Assembly: GCA_000708835.1 (NCBI GenBank)
Contig: DF237099.1
Location: forward strand, 1 to 64,000
DNA length: 64,000 nucleotides
Source: Klebsormidium nitens
Lineage: Eukaryota; Plantae; Klebsormidiophyceae
Reading direction: 5' to 3'
The translations under genes were made by a program, and so were the position numbers. The notes under the pieces were generated by a model, which was given only the letters and a program-made list of their open reading frames with translations, was not told the origin of the DNA and ran no database searches. This document shows, piece by piece, positions 1-13,487 of this stretch; position 1 is the stretch's first letter; every line of letters begins with the position of its first letter.

Positions 1-881
1 AACCAGTCGTAATCGTTACAACCATTCATCGTGCTACAAATTGGAACAGTCAATGCACATTTGTATCAAGTTAACGCATCCATTTTGGAGGCCACATCAC
101 GTCATCGGAAAACCCGGCTAGCTAGCTTTTACAACTATTGAAGAAGCTCGCTTGCAGAACTGATGCTGCCAGCGCTCGGTCACGTACATGCAAATTCTTT
201 GCGATGCAACACTAGTAGTGGCAATGCCAATGATCCATCCGAATCTATGCCACCCAGGAACCGATCGAGAGCCGCATGTACATTGAATAAGCAAATACAT
301 GTACTAGCTAGAGAAACACGCTGTTGGATCGAAGATCTTTTGAACATCAATCAAGTGGATGTGCTGCCGCTGGCGGCCGGGTAGCCATATACTAGCAACA
401 TGCAATTCCATATAATGCTAGCTGTAAGTTCGACTTCCGAATTCTAGCCCAGACCCTTTCGATGGTGCGCAACGCTTCCGCCTGACGCCAACACTGGACA
501 TGGATTCGCGACCGCATGCAAACCAACAAGCTGCAGTCATTCCCGGATCTCGCATGCATTTACGACAGTCCAGTAAGTGGATCGGAACATGCAAATGGCA
601 TTGGAATAGGTCAACTCGCCCTGCACTGGCAGCCTACGAGCACGCTTTCTTAGATTCCGCTGGACTCCGTGAAACTAGTACGAGCAAAGCCTTGGATGAC
701 CCGGACTCCACAAAGTACTCACGTACGCTTTCGCAAGTGCAACGTGCGGGCAGTTTGATTTGCAGAGACCTGAAAAGGATTCATTGCGACTACTTGTCAA
801 CGTTCTCAGTCAATCCGTGTTTGCTTTCAAAGTCACCTACCTAGCAAAGCATCGGAGTACTCGCTACATGTGCTTCATGCA

Positions 882-1020
882 AAGTCGCTCTAAACAATCC
901 CATCATGTACACCCGCCTCGACCCGCCTCGCCTCCTGTGTTTTGGCATATCGAAGTATCGCTCTAAACAATCCCTTAATGTACACCCGCCTCTCCCCGCC
1001 TCGTGTTTATTAGCATATTA
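882..1020. repeat. Imperfect tandem duplication, period about 73 bp
   Basis: TCGCTCTAAACAATCCC..ATGTACACCCGCCTC..CCCGCCTC starts at 885 and again at 958. Confidence 0.8.
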
Positions 1021-1761
1021 CAGTGTTTACCAAATGATCATGGTAGCTACTAGAATCAGATTCATAAGCGAAGACTTGTACTCGTCTTCTTCGCCCTTGA
1101 ATATTACTAGCAATTTTTAGCTCGGAGGCGCCCAAATCTGGATTGTCGACTCACGATGTGTGCACAAGATTGCCCTGCATGTAAAAGCGTGAAGTTGTCA
1201 TCAAGATTGTCACATGACATAGAGACACTTCCCAAAATCCGCAGCGGATGAGACAGGACGGCTGCCCACAGTCGGATGGTCGTTCCAGGTGAACACAACG
1301 AAGTCTCTCTCGTTTCTGTGAAAGTAAACACCAAGAGGCAATCTAAGAATTCAAAGGAATGACATATGGCCTGCCGGAACGAAGGCCTCACTGGAAAGTC
1401 AAGGCCACTCAATCAACGTCAATGGAACTGATCAACGGGGCTGAAAAAAGCAAATGCTTTCAGAGCGCAATAGCCCACGGGACCTGTTGGCTGCATGACA
1501 TGACAGCGTTCGGGCAGCGATCAGAAAACGGGTCCGCACGGAACCGTACTGGGCACAACGAAAATTGGTTCTTCTGCAATTAATATAGCTGAAAACAGTC
1601 CGAGAAAGAAGGAGTGGGAGACTTATCCTAGCAATCGAAACAAAATGAGACTGATCAAGGCCGCCGTCATATGGTTGTCACGTACTGCATCTGAACGAAT
1701 CTTCTGTGTGACATGCCCGCCCATGTTAATTTCAGCGGTTTGGATTCACCTGTACACCTTA

Positions 1762-3696
1762 CTATGGGTTGTTCCGCAGGGACGCCTCTTGTTTGCAAGT
1801 TTGCTTGTGGCCCGCTTTCCATGCTGTTTTCTGGCACCCTGCATAAGGTCAACCAACCAGATTGAGTGGACGCCTGAATGCACTGAACATTGCAAGGGTG
1901 CCCCCAGACTGAAGTAGTGGAGGTTCAGTAACCCTCTACCGAAGACACAGCAACACCTCAATAGTAGCGATGTCAACGGGTATTTCCTTCAGCTGCACAT
2001 ATCAGTTCAGGCGGAGCATAGCTACTTCAAGGACCTGAGGCTTTAGACAAATGGAGATATGCGAGACAAAGTAGAAAATGTTATGAGCTTCGGATGAGGT
2101 TGTTCTGAAAGCGAAGTTACAACAGGGACCAAATGGAAAGAGCATGAAGCTGCTTCTTCGATCTAAGAAGATCTTGTCGACTTAGCGACTTGAAACATAC
2201 GCAGACTCTCTCCAGATTTCCAAGTAACGAACACTCATCCTGTCTGAGAACTAGAGAGACAAGATACAAAATTCCAATCTGCAATCAACATTTGTCTACA
2301 CCGGTCACGTCTCTTTGAAAAGTATAAAATGATGAACCAGCTCACCTGGTCCACAGTAGACTGCGAGCTTGCACGCCCCACACCTTTGAAACTCTCCAGG
2401 ATTGTCCTCAAACTTCCCGCACCCCGGGTTCGAGCACTTTCTCACCGCTCTCCTGTCTTGCAATGTTAAGCCCCTCTTCAGCGCTTCCTCCATGGTAGCA
2501 TCCCTGTCTGCCGATTTGACCGGGTATAAGAGGGCCCGTTCCTCGCGTTCAGTGTTCGACAAAAGAATCTTACGCAGCTGTGATGCTCTTTGCACGGCTG
2601 CCCGGTCTTCTCGTGCGCTTTCCTTCATTTGAACCATTGAAAACTGGCTGCCCAGGAAGCACCCAGTTCCATTCCGAGCAAGAGCAGTTGACTCTGTGAG
2701 GAAACCCGCAAAAATAGCGAGCCTCATGGAATCGTCAAAGTTCTGCAGCTCGTCCTGGCAAAGAAGCAGGGCGAGAACCGACGATCTGAGCATTGGGATC
2801 TCAGGAGCGGCTTCTTGGCGTCTGGTAGGGCTGTGAACTCGATGCGCAGTGAATTGGGCAAGTGTCTCAATAGTGTAGAGGATCTGCGCCTTACTGGAAG
2901 ACTCCATGAAAATCTTGGCTGTAAAGCGGAGGAAGCTTTCCTCGAGAGACTTCACAGGAGATCCAGTGAAGCAGTACGTCCGAGCAGTGTGAATGACTGA
3001 GGCAGCAATCATCACCACCATCTTGTTCTGGAAGTCTGCAACCGCATGGTCCATGACTGCCGCGAGAAAGTCTGTGCTCTGGCCGATCTCCTTCCGGAAA
3101 GCCTCAGAGTAGAAAAGCTTAGGAATGGCACAAAGGACCGCTTCTTTTATCTGAAGCTCTGGCCGCATCCCTAAATCCAGTTCTACACCCAGAGTGAACT
3201 CCTTGAGAAAGAGGTTCTTCAGAAGCACAGGCAGACGCGGCGACACTTTCAGTATGTACTTTGCAGTGCGGCTGTCCACTGCAAGGCACTCTACCGCGCT
3301 GGCACAAATGATTGGCTTCAACAGAATTGGGGCATAACCGTTCGCCGTAGCAGACAGCTTCTCCGTATCCTCAGGGCTAGGCAGCAGAAGCCACCGTCCA
3401 GCCAACGACTCTTCCAACCCCTGGTTGACTGACTTCATGAACCCCCTCTCTAGGAGAAAGACAGCTGCATGAACTGCACTCTCTGCGGACGCTGATCTCA
3501 CGAATGGCTGGAAGATATCCTTGAAGCGTCGGATAGCTAGCAACCTAACCACCGCGTCGGTTGACTGCGATTCCTCCAGGATGCGCTGCAAAACTTGCGA
3601 TGTTTCTGGTCTCATTGGATCCACAAAAGCGGTATTCCGTGGAAACACGGTGTTGGCAATCCCTTCAATCTGAGCCCTGCTGTACCCAGCCGCCAT
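1762..3696 (-). CDS. MYND-type zinc finger protein with a large uncharacterised N-terminal domain (2 coding exons: 3696-2346, 1838-1762)
   Basis: The 472-aa ORF ends in CSNPGCGKFEDNPGEFQRCGACKLAVYCGP at a CCAG|GTGAG donor (2345). A phase-matched acceptor GCAG|GG at 1838 continues GCQKTAWKAGHKQTC...NNP*, completing the canonical MYND Cys/His pattern. The ATG at 3696 is assumed; an upstream exon is possible. Confidence 0.85.
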
Positions 3697-4975
3697 GTTC
3701 GCTGCCCCTTCGCCGGAGTGCAAAACTCAAGAGTGCGCCTGCCTTTTTTAAACGCCCTGCTGCAGCCAATCGGCACCACCAACCAATGACGAATTCCTGG
3801 ATCAAAATGCCTGAACTGCTGACTAGCTACTTTCACAGAGATTCCTAGCTGGATTTCAAGGAGTGCCATGCAGACAAATGCCAATGCCAATGGCATAGCG
3901 TGCCTCGACTCCATTGTCCAAGCTTGATCTGTCTTGTCAAGAGCTGTACGTTGCATTGTCAGCAACACAGGAGATCTATTTTGCAAATATTGCAACGGCG
4001 CGCCGCTCAATGTGCGTGCGCGCGTCTTTCCAGCTTCCCCACCTCTCAGTCTGCCGTTTCCGGTCGTTTCGCGATTCCGCCGTTCAGCCTGTAGCCCGGA
4101 ATACCGTCTTGCATTCCCTTCCTGTGTAAAGGCTCGTACAAGGCCTCCGAGCCGGGCTCTGCCAGGTGTGCAGGTGAGCCCGGTCTGGTATAAATAACTC
4201 CTTGTTGTCCTAATATTGGTCAGCGGAAGGGTCTCGCTATAGGGTTGTATGTCTTTCTACTTTCGTGCGTGTCTGTGCAACGCCTTCATCAAGCGTCGCG
4301 CTAAATTCAGTTTTGCCGCCCTCAATATCTCTTAAAGTAATCTTGCTGTCATAAGAGTACCTCGAGGGGTATTCCGATATCGCGATCACACAAAAAGGTC
4401 TAGATTAGACGTTTGCTCCGCAGCAACATCTGCCATTTATGGTCGAAGACATGGACTTCAATCATTGTGCCCGCGGCCAACATCATTTGATAACTGTTCA
4501 CCGGCAATATGCGAGCCGTCATATTGCATGAGTTCATCAAAACGTCAAGCAAGTTGCTTACGGTGAATTCTCTCTCAGAGACTATACACGCATGGGTGCA
4601 GATTTGCCCGGCCGGCCTCTTCGAAATTGCATAGCGGCATGTCGTGCACCAGCCGCTGTTGATAGCAACTTGCATTGAGCACACTTTCCGGGCCAGTCTG
4701 CTGGCGTTGGAATAGTGAAGTAGGGCCAGCTCAGAACTTGATTCAACACATTCAAGGAGTGACGCTTGCAAACATGCAACATTAGGCCGGCTACAGCCAT
4801 GAAGATGCGGGGCAATCAGCACGGATAGCCTCTCCTGAAAGAATTGTATACTAAGAGCAAGGTAAGTCCAATAGCGTGTTCACTTTAAAGTCTCGACAAT
4901 CTTGGATGGACATCCTTTGTGTACACCGGTAACCTTTGCGCGAAGTACCACCTGTCTCTCATGCACTCAAAATGT

Positions 4976-7900
4976 TTACCCGTTGGTCGAGCCCGCTGGC
5001 ACCAACTTTGCATGCAAAAGTTCGTACTCCTTTTTGTCGCCCTTGAGTGTCTCGAGCGCTTGTCCTAAGGAAGGCCGGTCTTCGAACGAGGAACCAAGGA
5101 CGGGCGTGCTTCGACGCGACAGTGCGTGCAGCATGAGGAGGGTCAGGAGCTGCCAGCCAGGGGACTTCAGAGGAGGAAGAGGGTCCGTGAAACTGAACGT
5201 CCGCACGAGATTGCCCTGCATGTCACACAACATGTCGTCAGAGCCACTCCGCGGCACAAAAGACAATCCTCAACTAGAGTGTCCTACCCCTTGGAAGTTT
5301 TTGCGGATGGAAGGGTTTATTATGGGGTCAAGGATTTTTCGTTTTCGAAGCAGTGAATCTGCTGAGGTTAGTAGGGGGTTCCGCGCTCAAATTTCAATCT
5401 CGGTCATCCCGGTTAACCCGGTAAGGGTTTCGGCCAATAGAATCACGAATAAAAATGCCTTGCCGTTTTAGGAACATGTCGTGTCAACAAGGGAGGCATA
5501 GCCCGAGGCATCTTCTATCGAAGACTTTCCAGCACAAGTGAAGGACGGCCGGCCAAAGTCGGATGATCGTATCCACATGAAAGACGACGAGGCTCTCGCT
5601 GTTGTCAGAAAGCGACACTCAGAGGCAGTTGGTAAATACGGAGGAGTGACGCATAGCCTTCCTTAATGAAAAGCCGGACTCCTGAGCAAGACAATTCCTT
5701 CCTCACCCACTGCAGACGGCTTCAGCCCGCGACGTAAGAGCAGTAGCCCACAGGGCCTGGATAGCAAACCTGAGACCGACGGCAACGCCTACTTGACCAG
5801 ATATGCAGTCTCACTTCAGGAACGGGAAGATTAGCGCACTTCAAACGCGCGGAAAGCGTGAGAATTGACAGCGTGAGCGACGCCTTACAAGCGCTTCCTC
5901 CAGCTCCGGACGCGGCACCTTCAGCTGCATCGCGCGCTGCACGTCCGGCAGAGCCCTTCGGACGCACTCCTGGAACGCGCGCCTGATCGCTGCGGACGCT
6001 CCATTGTCCAGAACTACTCTCGGCTCGTAGTCCCGTCCCCCCACACTGATCACCCCACCTTCAGACTCCCCCCCCTGGAAAAAGGCGTCCGGACCGTGCA
6101 GGAAACGGAGGGTATCGGCCGAGATCCACGAGTCCAGGGCCGTCCAAAGCCGTCCGAATTGCGACAGCTCCGCACTGAACCCTTGCGGGGGGGCGCCCAT
6201 CCACCCCTGCCCTGAGTCGTCATCTTCGTCCTCTTCCGGTGTAACGCTGGCCCCGCTTGTGGACGTCGCGTTACTCCCCCGCCCCTGCTCGGTCTGCCGG
6301 TTTTCGCTCTCGTTTCGCTCTACGACGCCCCCCGTTTCTAGGCCGCGCTTCACCCCACCGCTTTCTTCCGGTCCTTCCTCATTCTCGAGCCCGCTTATTT
6401 CCGTCAGACTGGCACTCGCCCGTTTTGAACGAGCATCTCTGCGACTGCCACTTGGCGCCCCCTCGTTGGCTGGTTGGACCGTCATCCCGAGACTCTGCAT
6501 TGCCTCAGTCGCATCGAATTCTCCCGTTTCGACCCTAGCTGCCGCCTCCGCCAAGGCAGTTGCTACTGCCTGTGCCGACTGCAACCGGAGATCCGGTTCT
6601 TCTTCCGGCTGGCCGCGATCAGATGCAAAATCAGTAGCGCCGTTTGCGCCCTTTTTTAGACTTTCCACGACGCCCTTCCCAGCCGCCCCGTGCGCTTTAC
6701 CCTTCTCTTCAGCACTGCGTTTGGAAGGCCGGGGCTCTGACGTCATTCCTGACGATGCCGCATCAATCCTTTGCCTTGACGCTTCGTCTGTCGATCCCGC
6801 TTCTGTTGGCACAGGACTTTCCTTTTCTCCTTCGGTGTAGCGTGAGACACTGATCCCCGCTTCCGCAGCGCTCTGGTCCAACCTCCGACTCCATTCTGCC
6901 CCCGACTCCCCAAAGCCCGTCCCCATTCCGGCCATTGTCAAATCAGCCTCTCTTCTCCCCGACACGACTTTTGTCGCATCCGTTTCCCCATTTTTCTGAA
7001 GTCCGGATTCTTGCTCCACTTTCCTCTCTGCTTCTCTTGAAGCCGCACCCTTTACAGGCCCTGATTTTCGACTTCTAGCTCCTACAGACCCGTCAACGGA
7101 TCTTTTCTGGGCACCCCTCCTGGGAACGTACCCCTCAATCGCGTCCGATTGTCCAGCCTCAGGAGCGCTGACGTCAGCGCTGACGTCACCCGGCGTCCGT
7201 TCCACAAGCGTGGCGCTCATGACGGCTGGACTCGCGGAGCTGCCCTCTTCCTCTGGTCTCCGCTTGGTGACGTCAGCAGCTGCGAAGGGAAAGGGCTGAC
7301 ATCAAAGACCGGGAAAGTGTTCGTAACTGTGATCGCTCATTTCGCTTGGTCGAACACGTATTCGCAGCAGATCTTCGATCTTTGGAAGCCTTCTGTTCCT
7401 TCGCCTTGCTGTGCGCTGCTTTAACGACAGAGGGCCTCCCATTGCTTGAGGGGAATGCATCAAGATGGTGGCCCGGTACTCTGTTTTATCGGGTAGAGCT
7501 ACGTGGAGCAGAGCCTTGGATGCGAATGGAGTCGGAGTCCAGCGAAGTGATCGTGCTTGCATTTTTAAACAGCGCAAAACTCCTTCTCCCTGAAATGGTC
7601 GATCTCTGTCATTGGTGCGGAACAATAATCAGCAGTCGGGATCCAGCCTCGAGTGAACGTGTACTTCGCTCAGTCGACGCTTTCACCATCCATTCAGGCC
7701 CTTCCTGCGGATCACCGTCATACCCCATCGGCGTCTTATTTCAAACGAACTGGACCCAACAAACGTACATGCGCGAAGCACAAATCATTCTCCATTAAAA
7801 TTCTCCACCAGTCCTGATATTCTCCACCAGTCCTGATTCTTTTGCTGGTCGACCTGGTCACCGCTCTAAGGCTCTGAATATTTCTTCAACCGAAATGAAG

Positions 7901-10211
7901 TGAGAGAAGAATCTTTACCTTGAAAACTGGCTCGCTTCTCCGCTCCCCCTGGCCGCCCCGTCACCGTAGCAACTATCGCCTGGAGCTCGTCCCCAGTCGG
8001 CAGCAGCGGGCGCTCGTCCTCGAGAGACGCCCGGAACGCCCCGCTGCGGACCACGTGGTCCAGGCCGCAGAATCGGACGGTGTCGGAAGTGTCGAAGACG
8101 CGCTTGTGCGCGAGGGAGATGCGGTAGTGGCCCTTCCTGCATGGTGAGGGGCGGAATCTCATGATGGGACCGAGGAGTTCAAGGAGTCGGCGATCTTTCT
8201 CAAGAGGAAAAAGTCAGATGCTTGTCAAGGCAGAGTGGGCTTCAAGAAACGTTGCGGAAAGGGGGGAGTACAGTATCCTGAGCGCAACTTTGTGAGAACT
8301 GAGGGGAGGTTGAGCTTGACCCCTGATCGTGGTCCCTTGACTCCCAACTCCTTCTGGAATCCTGTCTTTCCTGACGTCTTCGAATTCCCAGTCTTCAACG
8401 CCGCTCAGGCCTCAATGTGACTATTATCGCCCTCAGTCCAACAATACAGCATGTGAACTCTTCTCAGTGTAATTGAAAGGGAGCCTCACCTTGAATCTTT
8501 CTGTGGCAGCACGTTGTCGCACAGCGGGTACCCACACACGCCAGCAATTGCCCTTTCCTCGATGATATCATCATAGTCGGACTTGGGTAACAGACGCCTC
8601 TGCAGAGCCAGAAAAAGGGTGGTCTCTGATGCACTGTGAATGGGAAAACAATCCCTTTCTGAGACCACACAATCGCTCCCTAAGGTTTTAGATGACGTGA
8701 CAAGCATACTTTTTCCTGCACGCCAGCGGCAGTACGTGGAAAAAGGAGGTCTTTGCGCAAAGCATCGAGGCCGAAGCTGTGACAGTCAAACATATGAACC
8801 AACCAGTAAGGTCGAGTGCTTCGAACATGCAGGATCACTAAGGAGAAGCAACAAGGCCAAACAAAAAGTGGGGCTGATCCTGCAAGTAGAAGCAATTGTG
8901 ACACATTCCCGGTTTCGAACCCCGACCTGCGGCCTCGCTGCTAACGGAGACTTGCTTTATCCCGATAAGGGAAACGTGCAATTAGCCGCAGATTCCGGCT
9001 GACAATGAACAGCGCCTTCCCTTGTTTGCCTTCTCCAAGTCTTACGTCCCTTCTTCACACGTAGGTTAAGGTGAAGCATGCTGTCAAACTCAATAGGTCA
9101 CGGTGCTGCCTGCTGATCGGCCACCACAGAACCGAGCCAGTTATTCTGCAAAATATTTCAGCTGAATATTTAAGCTCCCTTAAGATGTTTTCATTTCCAA
9201 GCGGCATGGGGAGCTTATTGGAGTGTCAGAGAAACGCAACCTCTGCCATGCACCAGAATCGGCGCCTAAGCCCCTAGCACCCCACCACTCGGGACCCCCT
9301 ACTTTCGCTTACTCAAGTCGGCATTGAGTGCATTCATTAAAGGAACTTCTTGAAAGTGTTGACTAGGTCAAAGATGTTCTCAGCATAATCTCATGCGTGA
9401 TTTACATCAACGCACGGGGTTTGAATCAGCAAGAAGAAGAGTCTTAAGCTGCAGGTCTAGTGAGCATGTAGGACTGTCTGTACGGGCCTTTCCATCCTCA
9501 ATACAAGATGATAAGATACTCATCTGGAACTTCATGTAAGAGACCCAGGGCCGCGTGTGAACAAACTCCTCATGGCCCCACTCAATCAGTAACATGAATG
9601 TATCCACTCACCGAAGCTTGCAGCTGCTTGTCCGTGGTGGGCCCCTCCAGCAGCGCCATCTGCGCTTCAAACACCGCCGCGTTGTGCTCGCGCAGTGTCC
9701 TCGCCAGTATCTCCGCTTTCTCTCGCCGGAGCCTGTCATTTGTATCCACTTCTTCAACGATGGGCTCCACAGCAGCTTTGGGTGGGGGCCCCAAGTCCTT
9801 TCCTACTTTCTTGGGGCCACCTCTTGGGGGTTTCGCAGCCTTCTTAGACTTCGGCTGCGAACGCAAATTGCCACTGACCGCCTGATCCGCCTGTTGCACC
9901 CCAGCCATCGAAGACCCCGAACCCCGCCCGCTTTGTCCCTCGTCGTTCGCGCTTGCCTTCACCTGCGGACCGCCAATGTCAGCATTGCGTACAGGCAGTG
10001 GCCTCGCGGTCACTGAACCGCGCTCCTGCAATCTTCTGGTTCCTTGCGCTGGTTGGACTCGCTGCTCTTGTTCAGACACGGTTTGTTTTGCTGCCACTGC
10101 GCCGGCGGCGGCAGCCTCGTCTCTGCCGGCGCTCTCCTCAGGCTGTGCAGCAGCTTGGATGTCCTCGTCTGCGGGCCCATAGTGGAAGATAGCGGGCACA
10201 CGGTCGGCCAT
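4976..10211 (-). CDS. RPAP2: RNA polymerase II CTD phosphatase RPAP2/Rtr1 homolog (plant RIMA-like), ~852 aa; exons 10211-9612, 8599-8490, 8136-7919, 7279-5889, 5215-4976
   Basis: The spliced product contains SDYDDIIEERAIAGVCGYPLC...RKGHYRISLAHKRVFD...FCGLDH (Rtr1/RPAP2 zinc domain). It also has plant-like C-terminal blocks (ELSQFGRLWTALDSWIS; GNLVRTFSFTDPLPPL...WQLLTLLMLHALS). All five exons have GT-AG boundaries and consistent phases, totalling 2559 nt. Confidence 0.9.
7801..7838. repeat. 19-bp tandem duplication in an RPAP2 intron
   Basis: TTCTCCACCAGTCCTGAT occurs twice, head to tail. Confidence 0.8.
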
Positions 10212-10834
10212 GGCGCTCCTCTGCGCGCCCCCTCTTCCACTGCCAGCTTTGGACGAGTGTGTTCTGCTAGTTCCGAGCTGTGTCTCTGCTCGATCATGAA
10301 CAGAGCAGAGACAAGCTTGTCAAGGCGTTTGAGGCCCTGCAAAGCCAGATGTTGAGGAAGCGAGGGACCCCGGCCCCCTTTCTGGTGCCCCGGGAGCTTT
10401 ATGCCCAAGCGCTTCTCCGAGTACATAGCTCGGGTACTTCGCCCCGGGTTCATCTGTCTCAGGCCCAGGGGGAGCCAAGTTGCAAAATCGCAGGCTGAGG
10501 CAGCATGCAGGTACCGTACACCTTGTAAAGTGCTGCACGCAGCACTCAGATTCCACTGTCAACATCAGGGGAGCCAGGTGGACGAGAGGCGCAAACTCAG
10601 AGTCAAAGCCTCTTGGGCTTCTATTAGTATTAGCTAGGCACTTCAGATGTGGCCCCTTCTTGTGGCGTGCAGGTTGCCATGGAGACGTTCTCTGCTAGCA
10701 TAGCTGGATGTGTCTGCGCAAGAGGCCGGCCTCTGTTCCAGCTGCGCGGTTCCTGACGTCAAGAGGGTATTTCACCTGGCGCTCTATTGTAGTCCTTAAA
10801 TGATGACACAGAAGGTTATGTAGGCTGGGCAGCA

Positions 10835-13015
10835 ATGGGGGAGCAGTCTGGCAGCTGGTCGCTCGAGGATTTACTCGAGGGAGGGGACATCAGCCGGACG
10901 CTGAGTGGACGGTCTGCTGAGCACAGCGGAAGGACCGTCACGCACGATGCTCAGAGCGTAAGGGCAAACGAGGGCAGCAGCTCAGAATTCCAGCATTTAG
11001 GGACGAGAGATGGACCGATAGGGCGGACCGTAGGTGGTGGTCTGGAGGTGGGAATTGGTCCCGAGCAAGGGGTGCCCGTTCTTTTGAATGGGTCAGGGTA
11101 TCTGCCTGGGCCGGGGTCCTACGGTTTTGGGCATGATGCTAGGAACGGGGAGCACCATCCTGGTCACATCAACTCTCACAAGACGGGTGCTGACGTCAGC
11201 AATCATGAAGAGGGAATTGAGATGCCCCCAGACAAGGTGGTCAAAGCTTATACGGAGAAGCAACGGTTGCCAAAAAGCGACGCTCTTCTCAGCGCTCCTG
11301 CTGCGAACGGCACCGCAAAGGAATGGGAGAGAGTGCACGGGCCGCAGCCCTCGAGCGGCCTGGCGGCGACCCTTGGCAGGCAGGCGGCACGCCAGCTCAT
11401 CCTGCTCGCACTCCTGCTCCGTGATGTAATCATGGGCCTCATGGGGGCTTCTGCGCACCTTTGGGGGCTGCTCAGGCAGCGGAAGAAGCGCTCGTTTCGG
11501 GCGTGGGTCGTCTTCGTCCTGCGAACGGTCAGGGAAGGGGCACTGGAGACGGTTCAAAGCCTGGGGGCCTGTGCGAACAACTTCGGGGCTTATTCGCATC
11601 GGAGGGTGAAAGTGTGGGCTGAAGTGTATGGGAAGCAGCTGCCGCAGCCAGTGCAGGAGGCGGCAAGGCAGATTGTGGGGCAGGGGTCCCTGGCAATTCG
11701 GCGGTGTGAAAAGGCCCTTGACGGGGTGTATGACTGGGGACAGGGCCAGTTGGCGGGGTGAGTAGGCGCCTGTGCACAATTTGCAGGGATCTAAGTTGTG
11801 AACATTCTTTCCAGAGTCCATTCACAAGTTTACGTACGCTTGCTGACTATATGGCTTTATTGATGCCCACTGTAAGTTCAGCAATGCTACCGTTCACTTT
11901 ACACTTTTTTCCGACGGACTTCTCGACCGGAAGGCTTGTCCAGAGTTAGATGGCTGAATGGGTCACTTGCACTCTCAGAATGTTTCATGTTGGCCTCGCC
12001 TTCTGGACTCTTTCAAAGTACATCCGTTTTCTGCTGTCGTGCAAGTTGGCCCTTTCAGTCTGGAGGGAAGGCGAACAGACTAGTCCGCCCTCTGCCCTCT
12101 GCTGAGCATTGTTTGCCTGCCTCTTGACGCTATCTCTTTGTTCTAACCTTTCCAATATCCCTTTCCTCTAGCTGATTCTTCAACCATTTCAACTCAAAAG
12201 GCTTGTCCACCCCGTGTAACAGCCGCTCTCAAAGGCCTTGTCCTGAGTATTGTAACCTGGATGAACTCCTTTTTGCTGTGGCGCAGTTTGGCCCTTTCTT
12301 TCTGACAAACATACGAACGAACCCCTGCAACTTTTCTTCGTACTCTGCCCTTACATGCATTCGCTCAAATACTTGTTGCCTGCCCCTTGCCAGGAAGCGG
12401 AATCGTACGCCAAAGCCCCGGCACAAAAGCGGAGGCGGCGCCTTTACAGTCCTGATGGCATTCCTAGTGTCTCTTCTGACCCTGCGCCTGAGTTGGAACC
12501 TCCTCGCACTGAGTGGGGGGGCCCTTCGCCCAGCCGTTCCAGCCCCCCCGGACCCGTTCGACGTCGTATACATCCTCCAACAACTAGAGCAAGAGACTGC
12601 CGCCAGTATGGGGTGGGGCCCCGGAGAGGAGGAAGAGACGCGGAAGGAAGAGGTGGAACGGGTCTCGATCCACGATCTGATGGTACTGAAAGAGCTGAAT
12701 GAACGGAAGGAACGATTGGCGATAACTAGAGCGGCGGAGGAAAGGGAGAAGGCGGCGAGGGTTGCGGAGGAGCAAGGGGTTGCTGCTGCGGACTCTAAAA
12801 GGAAGGGAGTAGGGGGGAGCGGAATGGGGAGCCAAGTCGGGGTGGGGAAGACTGCGGGCGGGAAGAAGGGGCGATATTTCGGGTGGTTGGATAAAGGGGG
12901 GGAGGAAGTGATCTGGGAAGCGCCCGCGTTTTCGGAGCAGACGCACCTGCGGCTGCGGCACGGGAATGCAAGTAAGGGCCGAAGTTGCGCTCAAGGTCTC
13001 CGCTTCGCAAAGTGA
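10835..13015 (+). CDS. Uncharacterised protein with hydrophobic (likely transmembrane) segments and a short coiled coil; exons 10835-11757, 12394-13015
   Basis: The 308-aa ORF ends at GG|GTGAGT (phase 2). It joins CCAG|G AAG at 12394 in the frame of the 270-aa ORF. Hydrophobic stretches include LILLALLLRDVIMGLMGA and AFTVLMAFLVSLLTL. No family recognised. Confidence 0.65.
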
Positions 13016-13487
13016 AAAGATGATGTCAAATTCCACGGAAGATTATCAGAGCTTTCCAATCGAATCGGTCGTAGGCTGTCGGCCAGCATGACAGGCAGAG
13101 AGTGATGACGTCAATTTGGTAGGATGCTCTAGGTGTGGAGCAACAAGGTATCGAGTTGTGGTCGCGTGTCCGTCGCCCAGATGCGGATTGCCATGCACTT
13201 GGCGTACGCTTAGCTTAGCTCAGGAACAGTCTGATGGTGACGTAAGACGTTCCCGCTTTTATGTGCGCTGTGCAAAGCCCTTCCAACAATTGTGATCTGC
13301 TGTCCAGTCCAGGATGTCTAACTGGCGATCTGCAGCTGTTTTCAATATTCCGGGTATTGTGACGTACTCTTTTCAAGTCATCAACAAGGATTACTGACGA
13401 TTGATGGCGAGCGCCCAAAGAGACATGCCGTGTTCACTCTACTGTGTGAGCGAGGTCAAACTTTCATACCCGTCCCTTTGGCTGCAG

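Noticed and set aside
6257-6840. Plus-strand ORFs opposite RPAP2 exon 4 (similar cases at 9594-10192, 20527-23064, 39007-39741 and 63648-63932)
   Set aside because: They are antisense shadows of GC-rich coding exons, with low-complexity Pro/Ser/Arg translations and no splice support.
10207-10213. CCATGG giving overlapping ATGs on both strands at the RPAP2 start
   Set aside because: The plus-strand frame stops after 19 codons, and the palindrome is just a good Kozak context.
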